Of a stretch of DNA of 56,227 nt, positions 27,520-35,835 are shown in pieces. Below the pieces are notes generated by a model. It was not told the origin of the DNA and did no database searches. It saw only the letters and a program-made list of their open reading frames with translations. The stretch's first letter is position 1, and each line of letters begins with the position of its first letter. A program made the position numbers and the translations under genes. Source of the stretch: Armatimonadia bacterium. Lineage in GTDB: Bacteria > Armatimonadota > Zipacnadia > Zipacnadales > UBA11051. The stretch covers positions 1 through 56,227 of the forward strand of contig JBDKRC010000062.1 of the NCBI GenBank assembly GCA_039683575.1, read 5' to 3'.

Positions 27520-29397
27520 ATGTCTTACTCTCGTCTTCTCCTCATCCTCAGCCTCCTGCTTCCCGCTGTTGCCCCCGCCCAGGAGTTCGGCCGGCTTTGC
27601 GCACAGGGCCCGGTGCCCTACCTGGCCGGTCCAGCCCTCGTGCAGATTGAGGGCAACCTGACGGCTGGCGACTTCGCCGACATCGCCTGTGGCGACTATG
27701 ACGCCGACGGTAGAGATGACATTGTTGCCGGCTCAGCCTATGGTGACTTGCTCTTCTATCGCCGCCGCGAGGGCATCTTCGACAAGCCGGTGCTGATGCT
27801 CAGCGCGGAGTTTTCCTTCACGAGCAGCCGCCAGAGCCGCCTGCAGGTGTCGCCGGAGCTTGTTGACCTCAACCATGACGGCGTGCTGGACCTGCTGCTC
27901 GGCGCGGGCGGGAATGTCTACTTCTACAGCCGCAAGGGCGGATTGCAGCCGGGCATGGTGCTGCGAGCCGAGGATGACCGCCCACTGGGCCAGATCATTG
28001 GATCGGCTCACCTGGCGCCGACCGCTGAGGACCTCGATGGCGATGGCGACGCGGATATCGTACTTGGCGATGCCGAGGGGCGCGTGTGGTGGGTGGAGTG
28101 CCTCAGTGCTGAGCCCCTGCGGCTGGCGGTGCCTGTGCAGCTTGCTGCCGGGGAGGCGCCGCTGAAGGTTGGCCCTCGGGCGCGCGTGTGCATCGGCGAC
28201 TGGGATGGCGACAGCCGCTTTGACCTGCTTGTGGGTGACGCCACCGGGCAGGTGTATTTCGTGCGCGGTCGCCGGGAGGGTCTGGCGCCGCCCGAGCCGC
28301 TGTTCCGCCACGGCACGCCTGCTCAAGACGGCGTTGTGTTGACCGAGGTATGCCCGCGTCTGCGTGACCTCGATGGCGATGGCAAGACCGAGCTGTTGCT
28401 CGGAGCGCGCTCTGGCTTTGTTGCGACCTTCGCCCGCAGCCCCCAGGGGCCGGTCTTCACGGGCTATCTCCAGGCGCGAGAGGCCCCGCTGGATGTGGGG
28501 CGCTATGCGGCACCCGCCGCCGTGGACTGGAATGCCGACGGCGTCACTGACATTGTCTGCGGGGCCGAAGACGGGCTTGTGCGGCTCTTCCTCGGCCGCC
28601 GCGACGGCCGCTTTGAGCCCGGGCAGATGGTTTCCGCGGTAAACGGCCCAGTGTTGGCGGATGGTCCCGCCGGCGCCTATCGCTACTCATGGCCGCGGCT
28701 GGCGGATCTGAACGGCGACGGGGTTTCCGACTTGGTCCTCGGTGGAGTTTCCGGCAAGGTCGAGACCTTCCTGAACCAGGGCGGCTTCCGTTCCAGCGGC
28801 ACCATGCGCATCGGTGGGGAGGACATACGCGGCCTGGGCATCAGCGCCATATGTCTGTCAGACTACGACGGCGACGGGGACACAGACCTCTTCGTGGGTG
28901 ATCTCACACCTCCGGGTGGGGCACCCGTGGCCAATGGGGACAAGCTGCCGCGGTTTGTGCTGCCCACAGGCGGTCTGGCGTACTTTGAGAACCAGTCGCC
29001 CAAGGGGCCGGGGATGCCTTTGTTCCTCAAGGGCGTGCGGTTAGCGGCCTATGTGGGCCGGCGTGGGCGGGCTGTCGAGGAAGATGCCCTGGACGCGGGG
29101 GTGCTGGGGCCATATTACCTTGAGCCGCTGAACCTCAACGGCGACACATGGGACTTCCTGCTCGGGACCCGCGCCGGGTACTATGTCTTCGCAAACCCCA
29201 AGTCGCGCCTGTACTACCCCATGCCGACTCTGGAATCGACCGAGGGCATCCCTAACCCGCTCTTCCCGCCGCTGTATTCCTGCACCGCTGCCAGCCTGAG
29301 CGGTGCGGGACGTGGGCTACTCTGCGGGCTGGGAGACTATGGTTTTGTCTGTTACTACCCGCCCGAGCAAGTCCCGCAACTCAACGGCGGTCACTGA
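27520..29397 (+). CDS. Secreted FG-GAP/VCBS repeat beta-propeller protein
   Basis: Signal peptide; eight DxDxDG-type Ca-binding motifs (DYDADGRDD, DLNHDGVLD, DLDGDGDAD, DWDGDSRFD, DLDGDGKTE, DWNADGVTD, DLNGDGVSD, DYDGDGDTD). Confidence 0.88.
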   Translation: MSYSRLLLILSLLLPAVAPAQEFGRLCAQGPVPYLAGPALVQIEGNLTAGDFADIACGDYDADGRDDIVAGSAYGDLLFYRRREGIFDKPVLMLSAEFSFTSSRQSRLQVSPELVDLNHDGVLDLLLGAGGNVYFYSRKGGLQPGMVLRAEDDRPLGQIIGSAHLAPTAEDLDGDGDADIVLGDAEGRVWWVECLSAEPLRLAVPVQLAAGEAPLKVGPRARVCIGDWDGDSRFDLLVGDATGQVYFVRGRREGLAPPEPLFRHGTPAQDGVVLTEVCPRLRDLDGDGKTELLLGARSGFVATFARSPQGPVFTGYLQAREAPLDVGRYAAPAAVDWNADGVTDIVCGAEDGLVRLFLGRRDGRFEPGQMVSAVNGPVLADGPAGAYRYSWPRLADLNGDGVSDLVLGGVSGKVETFLNQGGFRSSGTMRIGGEDIRGLGISAICLSDYDGDGDTDLFVGDLTPPGGAPVANGDKLPRFVLPTGGLAYFENQSPKGPGMPLFLKGVRLAAYVGRRGRAVEEDALDAGVLGPYYLEPLNLNGDTWDFLLGTRAGYYVFANPKSRLYYPMPTLESTEGIPNPLFPPLYSCTAASLSGAGRGLLCGLGDYGFVCYYPPEQVPQLNGGH

Positions 29398-29414
29398 TCC
29401 GAGGCCGATTCCCC

Positions 29415-30212
29415 ATGTCCGACCTGTGGCTACTGAGACATACCGGCTGGCCCGGCGCCGTTGCGGGTGTCACCCAGCGCGGTCCGCATGATCCCGCCGA
29501 TCCAGCCAGCGGCTACAACCTCGGCCACACCGCCAACGCGAATCACGGGCAGGTGGACGCGCTGCGCCGCCGAGCCCTGGATGAACTTGGCGTTGGAGAT
29601 CATAGCCTCGTCTGCAGCGACCAGATCCACGGTACCCGCATCTCAGTCGCGAGCTACGACGACCTCCCGCAACTGCCCCGACGACATGGCTGGCCCTACT
29701 ACCCTGAGGCGGACGCGCTCATCACTGCAGACGACCGGCTGGCGCTGATGCTCTTCTTCGCGGACTGCTGTCCCGTGACCCTCTACAGCCCCGACGCCCG
29801 CTGCGGCGGCATAGCCCATTGCGGCTGGCGGGGCAGCGTGGCCGACCTGGCTGGAAAGACGGTGCGCGCGCTGAGTGAGACGTTCGGCGCTCCGGCTCAT
29901 GGCCTACGCGCCCTCGTTGGTCCCTGCATCTGCGCGAAGTGCTATGAGATCGGCCCCGAAGTTGCGGACGCCGTACTTGCGCTCAACCTCCCAGAGACGC
30001 TGCACAAACAGGACAATAGCCTGTACCTGGACTTGCTGGCGCTCAATACTGCCCTCCTGGAGCGCGCAGGCGTCCTGTCCTACCACATCCAGCCGCTCAC
30101 CACTTGCACCAGTTGCGGCGACATTCCCCTCCACTCCTACCGCCGCCACGGCCCGACGGTGGGCCGCCTCGCTGCCTTCTTCGCCCTCCGTTCCTCCGTT
30201 CCAGAGACGTAA
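29415..30212 (+). CDS. pgeF: PgeF/YfiH family protein (purine nucleoside phosphorylase / peptidoglycan editing factor)
   Basis: NLG, QIHG, ADALIT, FADCCPV, AHCGWRG, GPCICAKCYEIG, CTSC, SYRR. Confidence 0.9.
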   Translation: MSDLWLLRHTGWPGAVAGVTQRGPHDPADPASGYNLGHTANANHGQVDALRRRALDELGVGDHSLVCSDQIHGTRISVASYDDLPQLPRRHGWPYYPEADALITADDRLALMLFFADCCPVTLYSPDARCGGIAHCGWRGSVADLAGKTVRALSETFGAPAHGLRALVGPCICAKCYEIGPEVADAVLALNLPETLHKQDNSLYLDLLALNTALLERAGVLSYHIQPLTTCTSCGDIPLHSYRRHGPTVGRLAAFFALRSSVPET

Positions 30213-30358
30213 ACCTACAACTTTACTGATGTGTCAGCGTCAATTCAGAGAGGGTCGGAGCAGGGAGGCCGCGCCTCTGCGGCTGGGTCTGCTAGGGGGC
30301 ATTGCTGGGGAGAGATTCGCAGCGCAGCGCTGTGCACCGTGGGGATGGAGTGGTGGAG

Positions 30359-31036
30359 ATGAGGAATTGCTACCGCGCGATGCGGCTCAGCGTGATCGGT
30401 GGCGGCGTGTTTGCCGCTGTCTTGCTCGTATCCGGACAGACCGACAATCCGCTGCTATGTCTGGTGCAGCTCGAGGGTCGTTCGATGGAGCCGGCACTGC
30501 AACCGGGGCGCGAACTGCTCTTTGCCAGGCTGCCCTGGACTACCGGCGACATTATCCTCGCCGACGTTGGTGAGAGCAGCCCCATAGTAAAGCGAGTGGC
30601 AGCAGACAAAGGCGAGAATGTGCTGCTCCAGGGCGATAACCGCCTGCTGTCCATTGACTATGTTGTGCCCCGACGCTCCGTTCAAGCGGTCCTGCTGTGC
30701 CGCACTCCGCTGACCTCGCCGTTGCCCCGAGTGCGAGAGCCGCAGACAGTTGTTTTCCCGGCATATCCCTACGGCATGCCGGAGATGACGCAGCCCGGCT
30801 GGGGCGCATGGCAGGGCCTCCCACAGGACAGGGTACCACCTCCTGCCGCTCCGCGTGCTGCTCCGGAACCCCGGCCGTTCCCGCACCAGGGCGCTGTCAA
30901 TCCAGCACTGCCCCCTGATGCACCAATGCCTCACGAATCCTGGCGTACCCGACCGCAAGGGCGGGCTGGCGGTCAAGTGCGGCCAATCCGGCTGTCACTC
31001 CGGCGGCCTGGCCAGTCGCCAGGCACCGCGCCATGA
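30359..31036 (+). CDS. S24/S26 Ser-Lys peptidase (signal peptidase I / SodX-like) with Pro-rich tail
   Basis: Hydrophobic N-terminal segment, GRSMEP (Ser), GDII, IVKRV (Lys), GDN. Start uncertain; 3' end overlaps the convergent gene. Confidence 0.7.
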   Translation: MRNCYRAMRLSVIGGGVFAAVLLVSGQTDNPLLCLVQLEGRSMEPALQPGRELLFARLPWTTGDIILADVGESSPIVKRVAADKGENVLLQGDNRLLSIDYVVPRRSVQAVLLCRTPLTSPLPRVREPQTVVFPAYPYGMPEMTQPGWGAWQGLPQDRVPPPAAPRAAPEPRPFPHQGAVNPALPPDAPMPHESWRTRPQGRAGGQVRPIRLSLRRPGQSPGTAP

Positions 31037-32216
31037 GCCTGAAGGGGTCCAGCACCCGGCAGTCACATGAAAGCGCCCGCCCGCCTGTAGCGACATTGCT
31101 GAAGCTCACTGGCAGCAGCGCGCGCCATGGCACCCCGCGCAAGCCCTTGTTCCCCTTGTGCCAGGCCGGCGCAAAGCCTGTCAAGCCGTGGCCCCCATAG
31201 CTGCGCGTAGCCAGCGCCACCGATTCAGCCACCGGTGCGTCTTCATCAAGGTCGGCCATGGTGATGGTCTCACGCCCCACGATCCCCCGCCCCGCCCGAA
31301 CGCCCACGCGATCGGCCGTGTCCACTAGAAAGCATCGCCCGAACCCGGGGATGCTATCTCGGAACCACCGGATTGCCAATTCGGCCTGGTCGCGGAGATC
31401 GGCATCCATGCCCGACAGCTCCGCGGCGGATACCCCATCTCCTGCGGTCAGAGTGAAGTTAAGCAGCACCTCTCCCGGATTCAGCAACGCCATGCCCATG
31501 AAGCGGTCCTGCGCGGCCAGGGGCACCGTCCCCGCCGCGACATGCCGGTTGAAGGCCTCCTCCACCGTCGGCCGGTAGAAGCCCTCCACGCCGCCCACGC
31601 GGATCAGGATGGTCTTGGTCATGGACTGCTCGACCGGGTAGTGCCGCACCTCGCCTCCGGCACGGAAGACGAGGTCCGCGTCACCAGTGGCATCCACAAA
31701 GGCCTGGGCCGCGATCAACCCCGGTCCTTCCGGCGCATTCACTGCGATAGCCGTCACCCGCTCCCCTTCCGTCACCGCCCCCAGGAGCGTCGTGTAGTAT
31801 AGCTGCTCCACCCCATTCCGTGCCATCAGCCGTCGCGCCCCAGTCCGTAGCCCGTCCAGAGAGATGATGACGTTCCCTGCCAGTGGCAGGTCGCCAATAG
31901 GCTCGTCCTCCGGAACATGCCCCGGTTCCGAGGTGAGTCGCGCCGCCCCGGCCGCATCCAACTCTCTCACCAGTTCATCGCCTATTCCGCCCACAATCTG
32001 GCGCTCTCCATACCCGAACCCCATCAGGTACGGGCAACAGCAGTTGGTAGCCACTCCGCCGGGAAAGGCGGCCCGCTCGACAATGAGTGTGCGGCAGCCG
32101 AGTTTGGCGGCGGCGCAGGCTGCGCCAAGGCCTGCCGGACCAGCTCCAACAACCACGACATCATATTGCCCGCGCACGGGCCACCGGTCAGGAGTCTGGA
32201 AGATCACGTTTCCCAT
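30897..32216 (-). CDS. FAD-dependent oxidoreductase
   Basis: YDVVVVGAGPAG, VERAAFPGG, FVDATGDADL, VPWRALLP, GRALS, GQAAG; AGGAG RBS. Confidence 0.9.
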   Translation of the reverse strand: MGNVIFQTPDRWPVRGQYDVVVVGAGPAGLGAACAAAKLGCRTLIVERAAFPGGVATNCCCPYLMGFGYGERQIVGGIGDELVRELDAAGAARLTSEPGHVPEDEPIGDLPLAGNVIISLDGLRTGARRLMARNGVEQLYYTTLLGAVTEGERVTAIAVNAPEGPGLIAAQAFVDATGDADLVFRAGGEVRHYPVEQSMTKTILIRVGGVEGFYRPTVEEAFNRHVAAGTVPLAAQDRFMGMALLNPGEVLLNFTLTAGDGVSAAELSGMDADLRDQAELAIRWFRDSIPGFGRCFLVDTADRVGVRAGRGIVGRETITMADLDEDAPVAESVALATRSYGGHGLTGFAPAWHKGNKGLRGVPWRALLPVSFSNVATGGRALSCDCRVLDPFRLMARCLATGQAAGVTAGLAALDRQPALAVGYARIREALVHQGAVLD

Positions 32217-32255
32217 GACTGTCTCCTGGTAGAGCTGAATGGTTCAAAGGGGAGG

Positions 32256-34439
32256 TTAGGCGGAGTCGGCGGTGGGGCGGGAGTCGACCTGCCTGACGGC
32301 GACGACATCAATGAGCTGCTCAAGACGGTGCACTAGTCGGTCAAGGTCCGCGCGGCGGCGGATCGCAAGCGTGAGGTGGACGTGAGCCAGGTGGTTATCG
32401 AGCGTCCGCGCCTCGACGGCCTTGATGTCTATGTTAGCGTCGGAGACGATCGCGGTGATGTGGGAGAAGATGCCCGTGCGATCCACCGCGACCAGTTCGA
32501 TGTCCTGCGTGAAGATACTCTGGGCGTCGTGATCCGACCAGGAGAGGGGCACAACCCGTCCCGGCTCCAGCTCGCTGCGATAGAGCATGTTCTTACAGTC
32601 CACGCGGTGGATGGCCAAGCCCTTGCCGCGCGTGATGTAGCCGACGATGTCATCGCCGGGCAGGGGATTGCAGCACTTTGAGAGGCGCGAGAAGAACCCG
32701 GCGACGCCGCCCGCCTTGACCGGAAGCGGCGCCTGGGGCACCTTGGGGCTGTTGGGCAACGAGAGTTGCTGAGCCTCTTCGACAAGCGTGACGGGCCGCT
32801 GCTCCTTCTCGATGAGATGGGCCACGACGGTGTCGGTCTCAATGTCACCGAAGCCTATGGCGGCGAGCAGAGAATCGACGTCGAGGTAGCCGAGGTGAGT
32901 AGCAACACGCACGTAGGCTTCCGCGTTGATCTGCTGCCGCTGGTGCCCCGGCAAGCGGGTCAGGGCCCGCTCCAGGCCTTCACGGCCCGCGGCGATGTTG
33001 TCTTCGCGAGCCTTGCTGCGCAGGTACCGCCGCACCTTTGACTTGGCGCCGGAGCTTTGGATGATCCGCAGCCAGTTGTGCGTCGGCTCCGCCTGCGGTG
33101 AGGTGATGATCTCCGCCACATCGCCATTCTTGAACTTGTAGTCAAGGCCGACCCGTCGCCCATTGACCTTCGCCCCGACGCAGCGGTTCCCCACCTGTGT
33201 GTGGATGCGGTAGGCAAAGTCAAGCGGCCCCGAGCCCGCCGGCAGGTCTATAACGTCACCCTTGGGGGTGAACACGAAGACTTGATCATGGAACAGGTCC
33301 ATCTGCAGAAGTTCAAGGAATTCGTGGCTCTCTGTGAGATCGGAGTCAAGTTCAAGGAGCTGACGAACCCACGAGACCTGCTCGTCGAGCTTGGCGTCGG
33401 TCTCGCCCTCCTTGTAGCGCCAGTGGGCCGCCACGCCGTACTCGGCCATGCGGTGCATTTCCTCAGTGCGAATCTGCACCTCCAGCACCTGACCATCGGG
33501 CCCGATGACCTTGGTGTGCAGCGACTGGTAGTTGTTCGCCTTCGGTTTGGCAATATAGTCGCTGAACATGTCCTGCAGCGGCATCCACAGGTCATGAACC
33601 AGGCCCAGGGCGGCGTAGCACTCCGGAACGGTCTGGACGATTACCCGCAGGGCGTGGAGGTCGGCGATCTGCGAGAAGTCCACCTGCTGGCGCGCCATCT
33701 TCTGGTAGATGCTGAACAGATGCTTGGGCCGGCCCTGTACCCTGGCGTGGACGCCGGCTCGCTCCAGACGGGCCTGCAGCTCAGCCGTCGCGCGTGTGAT
33801 GAGCTTCTCGCGTTCGCTGCGGGCCATGCCGACCAGGCGCGCGATTTCGCCGTATTTCCCCGGCTCGAGGAACTTCAGCGACAGGTCCTCAAGCTCCCAC
33901 TTCAGACGCCAGACGCCGAGACGGTGGGCGAGAGGGGCGAAGATGTGCAGGGTTTCGACAGCGACGGCCTGTTGGCGCTCGGGAGGCAGTGGCGCCAGTG
34001 TGCGCATGTTGTGCAGCCGGTCGCCAAGCTTGATCAGGATCACCCGCGGGTCCTCGGCCATGGCCAGGAACATCTTACGCAGGTTGCGCGCCTGTTCTTC
34101 TTGTTTGCTCGCGAAGTCAAGCTTGTGCAGGTTTGTGACGCCCTCGACCAGGCGTGCCACGGTGGAGCCGAACTGCTTTTGCAGGTCAGGCAACTCCGCG
34201 GGAGTGTCTTCGATGGTATCGTGGAGCAGTCCGGCGGCTATGGAGTGGGGATCGCTTTCAACACTGGTGAGGATATCGGCAACTTCGAGGGGGTGGATGA
34301 TGTAGGGTTCGCCGGAGAGACGCTTCTGGCCACTATGCATCCTGTCGGCGAACTCGAAGGCGCCGACGAGGAGTTGTTTATCCACGCCGGGCCAATAACC
34401 GGCAACCTTATGTGAGATAGTCTCAATTGAGGTAGTCAT
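32256..34439 (-). CDS. rel: Long bifunctional (p)ppGpp synthetase/hydrolase Rel (HD-SYN-TGS-ZFD-ACT)
   Basis: HSGQKRLSGEPYIIHP, LLHDTIED, DRLHNMRT, GRPKH, YQSLHT, EVQIRT, FTPKG, DFAYRIHT, CCNPLPGD, HRVDC. Confidence 0.97.
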   Translation of the reverse strand: MTTSIETISHKVAGYWPGVDKQLLVGAFEFADRMHSGQKRLSGEPYIIHPLEVADILTSVESDPHSIAAGLLHDTIEDTPAELPDLQKQFGSTVARLVEGVTNLHKLDFASKQEEQARNLRKMFLAMAEDPRVILIKLGDRLHNMRTLAPLPPERQQAVAVETLHIFAPLAHRLGVWRLKWELEDLSLKFLEPGKYGEIARLVGMARSEREKLITRATAELQARLERAGVHARVQGRPKHLFSIYQKMARQQVDFSQIADLHALRVIVQTVPECYAALGLVHDLWMPLQDMFSDYIAKPKANNYQSLHTKVIGPDGQVLEVQIRTEEMHRMAEYGVAAHWRYKEGETDAKLDEQVSWVRQLLELDSDLTESHEFLELLQMDLFHDQVFVFTPKGDVIDLPAGSGPLDFAYRIHTQVGNRCVGAKVNGRRVGLDYKFKNGDVAEIITSPQAEPTHNWLRIIQSSGAKSKVRRYLRSKAREDNIAAGREGLERALTRLPGHQRQQINAEAYVRVATHLGYLDVDSLLAAIGFGDIETDTVVAHLIEKEQRPVTLVEEAQQLSLPNSPKVPQAPLPVKAGGVAGFFSRLSKCCNPLPGDDIVGYITRGKGLAIHRVDCKNMLYRSELEPGRVVPLSWSDHDAQSIFTQDIELVAVDRTGIFSHITAIVSDANIDIKAVEARTLDNHLAHVHLTLAIRRRADLDRLVHRLEQLIDVVAVRQVDSRPTADSA

Positions 34440-34498
34440 GAGTTACAGTAAGACCGCCTCGATATGCAAGCGGAGGCGGTCCGAACGTGTGTCAGGTA

Positions 34499-34528
34499 AT
34501 TATAGCACAATTGGGGCCTGATTGTCTG
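34499..34528 (-). promoter_or_regulatory. Sigma70 extended -10 promoter for rel
   Basis: Minus strand reads CAGACA-N15-TGc-TATAAT, 60 nt upstream of the start. Confidence 0.7.
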
Positions 34529-34580
34529 GGGAAATCAGCCAATAGCAGTTCCGGGGAGCGGCCGATCGTCATCCCGCGAC

Positions 34581-34618
34581 GCCAAAGGCCCCGCCCGAGC
34601 AGGGGCGGGGCCTTTGGC
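34581..34618 (-). terminator. Strong hairpin, probable terminator after the baeRF gene
   Basis: Perfect 16-bp stem GCCAAAGGCCCCGCCC / GGGCGGGGCCTTTGGC with 6-nt loop. Confidence 0.7.
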
Positions 34619-34629
34619 ACTTCCTATCT

Positions 34630-35835
34630 CTACCCCTCAGCGTGTGCCTCTTCGAGCACCGGGCCCGAGACCGGATAGCGCAGCACCGCCGCTGCGAGAG
34701 CGGTAGTGGGCATCTGATCACGATCAACCGCCCAGATGTCGCCACCGGTGCGCAGCACTTCCGTGGCAATAAGATCGAGTAGATCCTCGTCCTCCGGCTC
34801 CTGTTGCTCATGGACTGCCACCCGTCGCGTCACCGGGTCAAAGCGCCCCCAGACCTCTTGCCCCACCGGCAGGAAGACCGCCTCGACCAGGCCATCGTGA
34901 GCGGCAATGACCACTTCCCGGACCTCGGTACTCGCCCGCCGATATGCGGACGCGTGCTCAAAGCGCTCCACGGCTACCTGCCGTGCCCTAAGGAAGATCG
35001 GCTGCACAATGTGCCAGCCGCGGGTATGCAGTTCTTCCGGCAGCGTCCGCTCAAAGTTGCCGCTAATCGTGTCTTCGGCGATGTTTGCGTAGCGGCTGGC
35101 GCGGCGGAAGAGGCCGATCATGTAGTCCACGCCGGCGAGCACCAGCGGCGCCTGCTCTGTGTGCAGTAGCTTCTGCAAGGCGTTGTCTATCTCGTGGAAA
35201 TAGCGCATCAGGTCTTCCTGGGCCCGCTCGTCGTCCATGCCGTGGCCATGGAACATCAGCTTGGTCCGGTTGCCGCTGATGCTTCCGGGTGCCGTGTGCA
35301 TCTCCTGCTCCAAGAACTGCCGCTCAAGTTCATCGAAGCGCAGCGTATAGTCGAGGCTGGGCGGCAGGTCAGGAACGGTGAGTTCGCGCGCGCCATTGAT
35401 GGTGCAGTAGAACACGCGCGTCTGGTGCTTGCTGAGTGCCAGGATATAGAAGCTCCCCGTAGGGCCCACGATATTCAGCAGCGGCTTGAGATGGAAGCGC
35501 TGATTAGCCGTTACAACCTCGGGGAAAGACAGGGGCAAGCGGTAGTAACGCATGAAATCCCGCGCGATGAAGCAGGCCAGACCGTCGCTTTGGTACTCCC
35601 AGAACATGCGATCCGCCTGTAGGTGCCACGCTGCATCGAGCAGCGCCTTGATGGGGCGCTCCTTGAGGCCCTGGCGGCTCAGGAGTTGCTCCGCCCGGCG
35701 CAGCATGTTCTTGAACCTGATGCCGTTACCCCCGGTGGCGGTGCCGGAGCGGTCGGTGGGCAGGTATAGAGAAATGAACGGACCTTCACGTTCGGCAGTT
35801 AGTTCTCGGACTTCTTCGAGTGTCAAAGTCTCCAT
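34630..35835 (-). CDS. Bacterial aeRF1-like (baeRF3/baeRF7-type) protein, Balon-like ribosome-associated factor
   Basis: ISLYLPT, IRFKN, FHLKPLL, FYILALS, PLVLAG, AAHDGLVEAVF, DLLD...VLRTGG, AAVLRY; AGGAGG RBS. Confidence 0.8.
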   Translation of the reverse strand: METLTLEEVRELTAEREGPFISLYLPTDRSGTATGGNGIRFKNMLRRAEQLLSRQGLKERPIKALLDAAWHLQADRMFWEYQSDGLACFIARDFMRYYRLPLSFPEVVTANQRFHLKPLLNIVGPTGSFYILALSKHQTRVFYCTINGARELTVPDLPPSLDYTLRFDELERQFLEQEMHTAPGSISGNRTKLMFHGHGMDDERAQEDLMRYFHEIDNALQKLLHTEQAPLVLAGVDYMIGLFRRASRYANIAEDTISGNFERTLPEELHTRGWHIVQPIFLRARQVAVERFEHASAYRRASTEVREVVIAAHDGLVEAVFLPVGQEVWGRFDPVTRRVAVHEQQEPEDEDLLDLIATEVLRTGGDIWAVDRDQMPTTALAAAVLRYPVSGPVLEEAHAEG

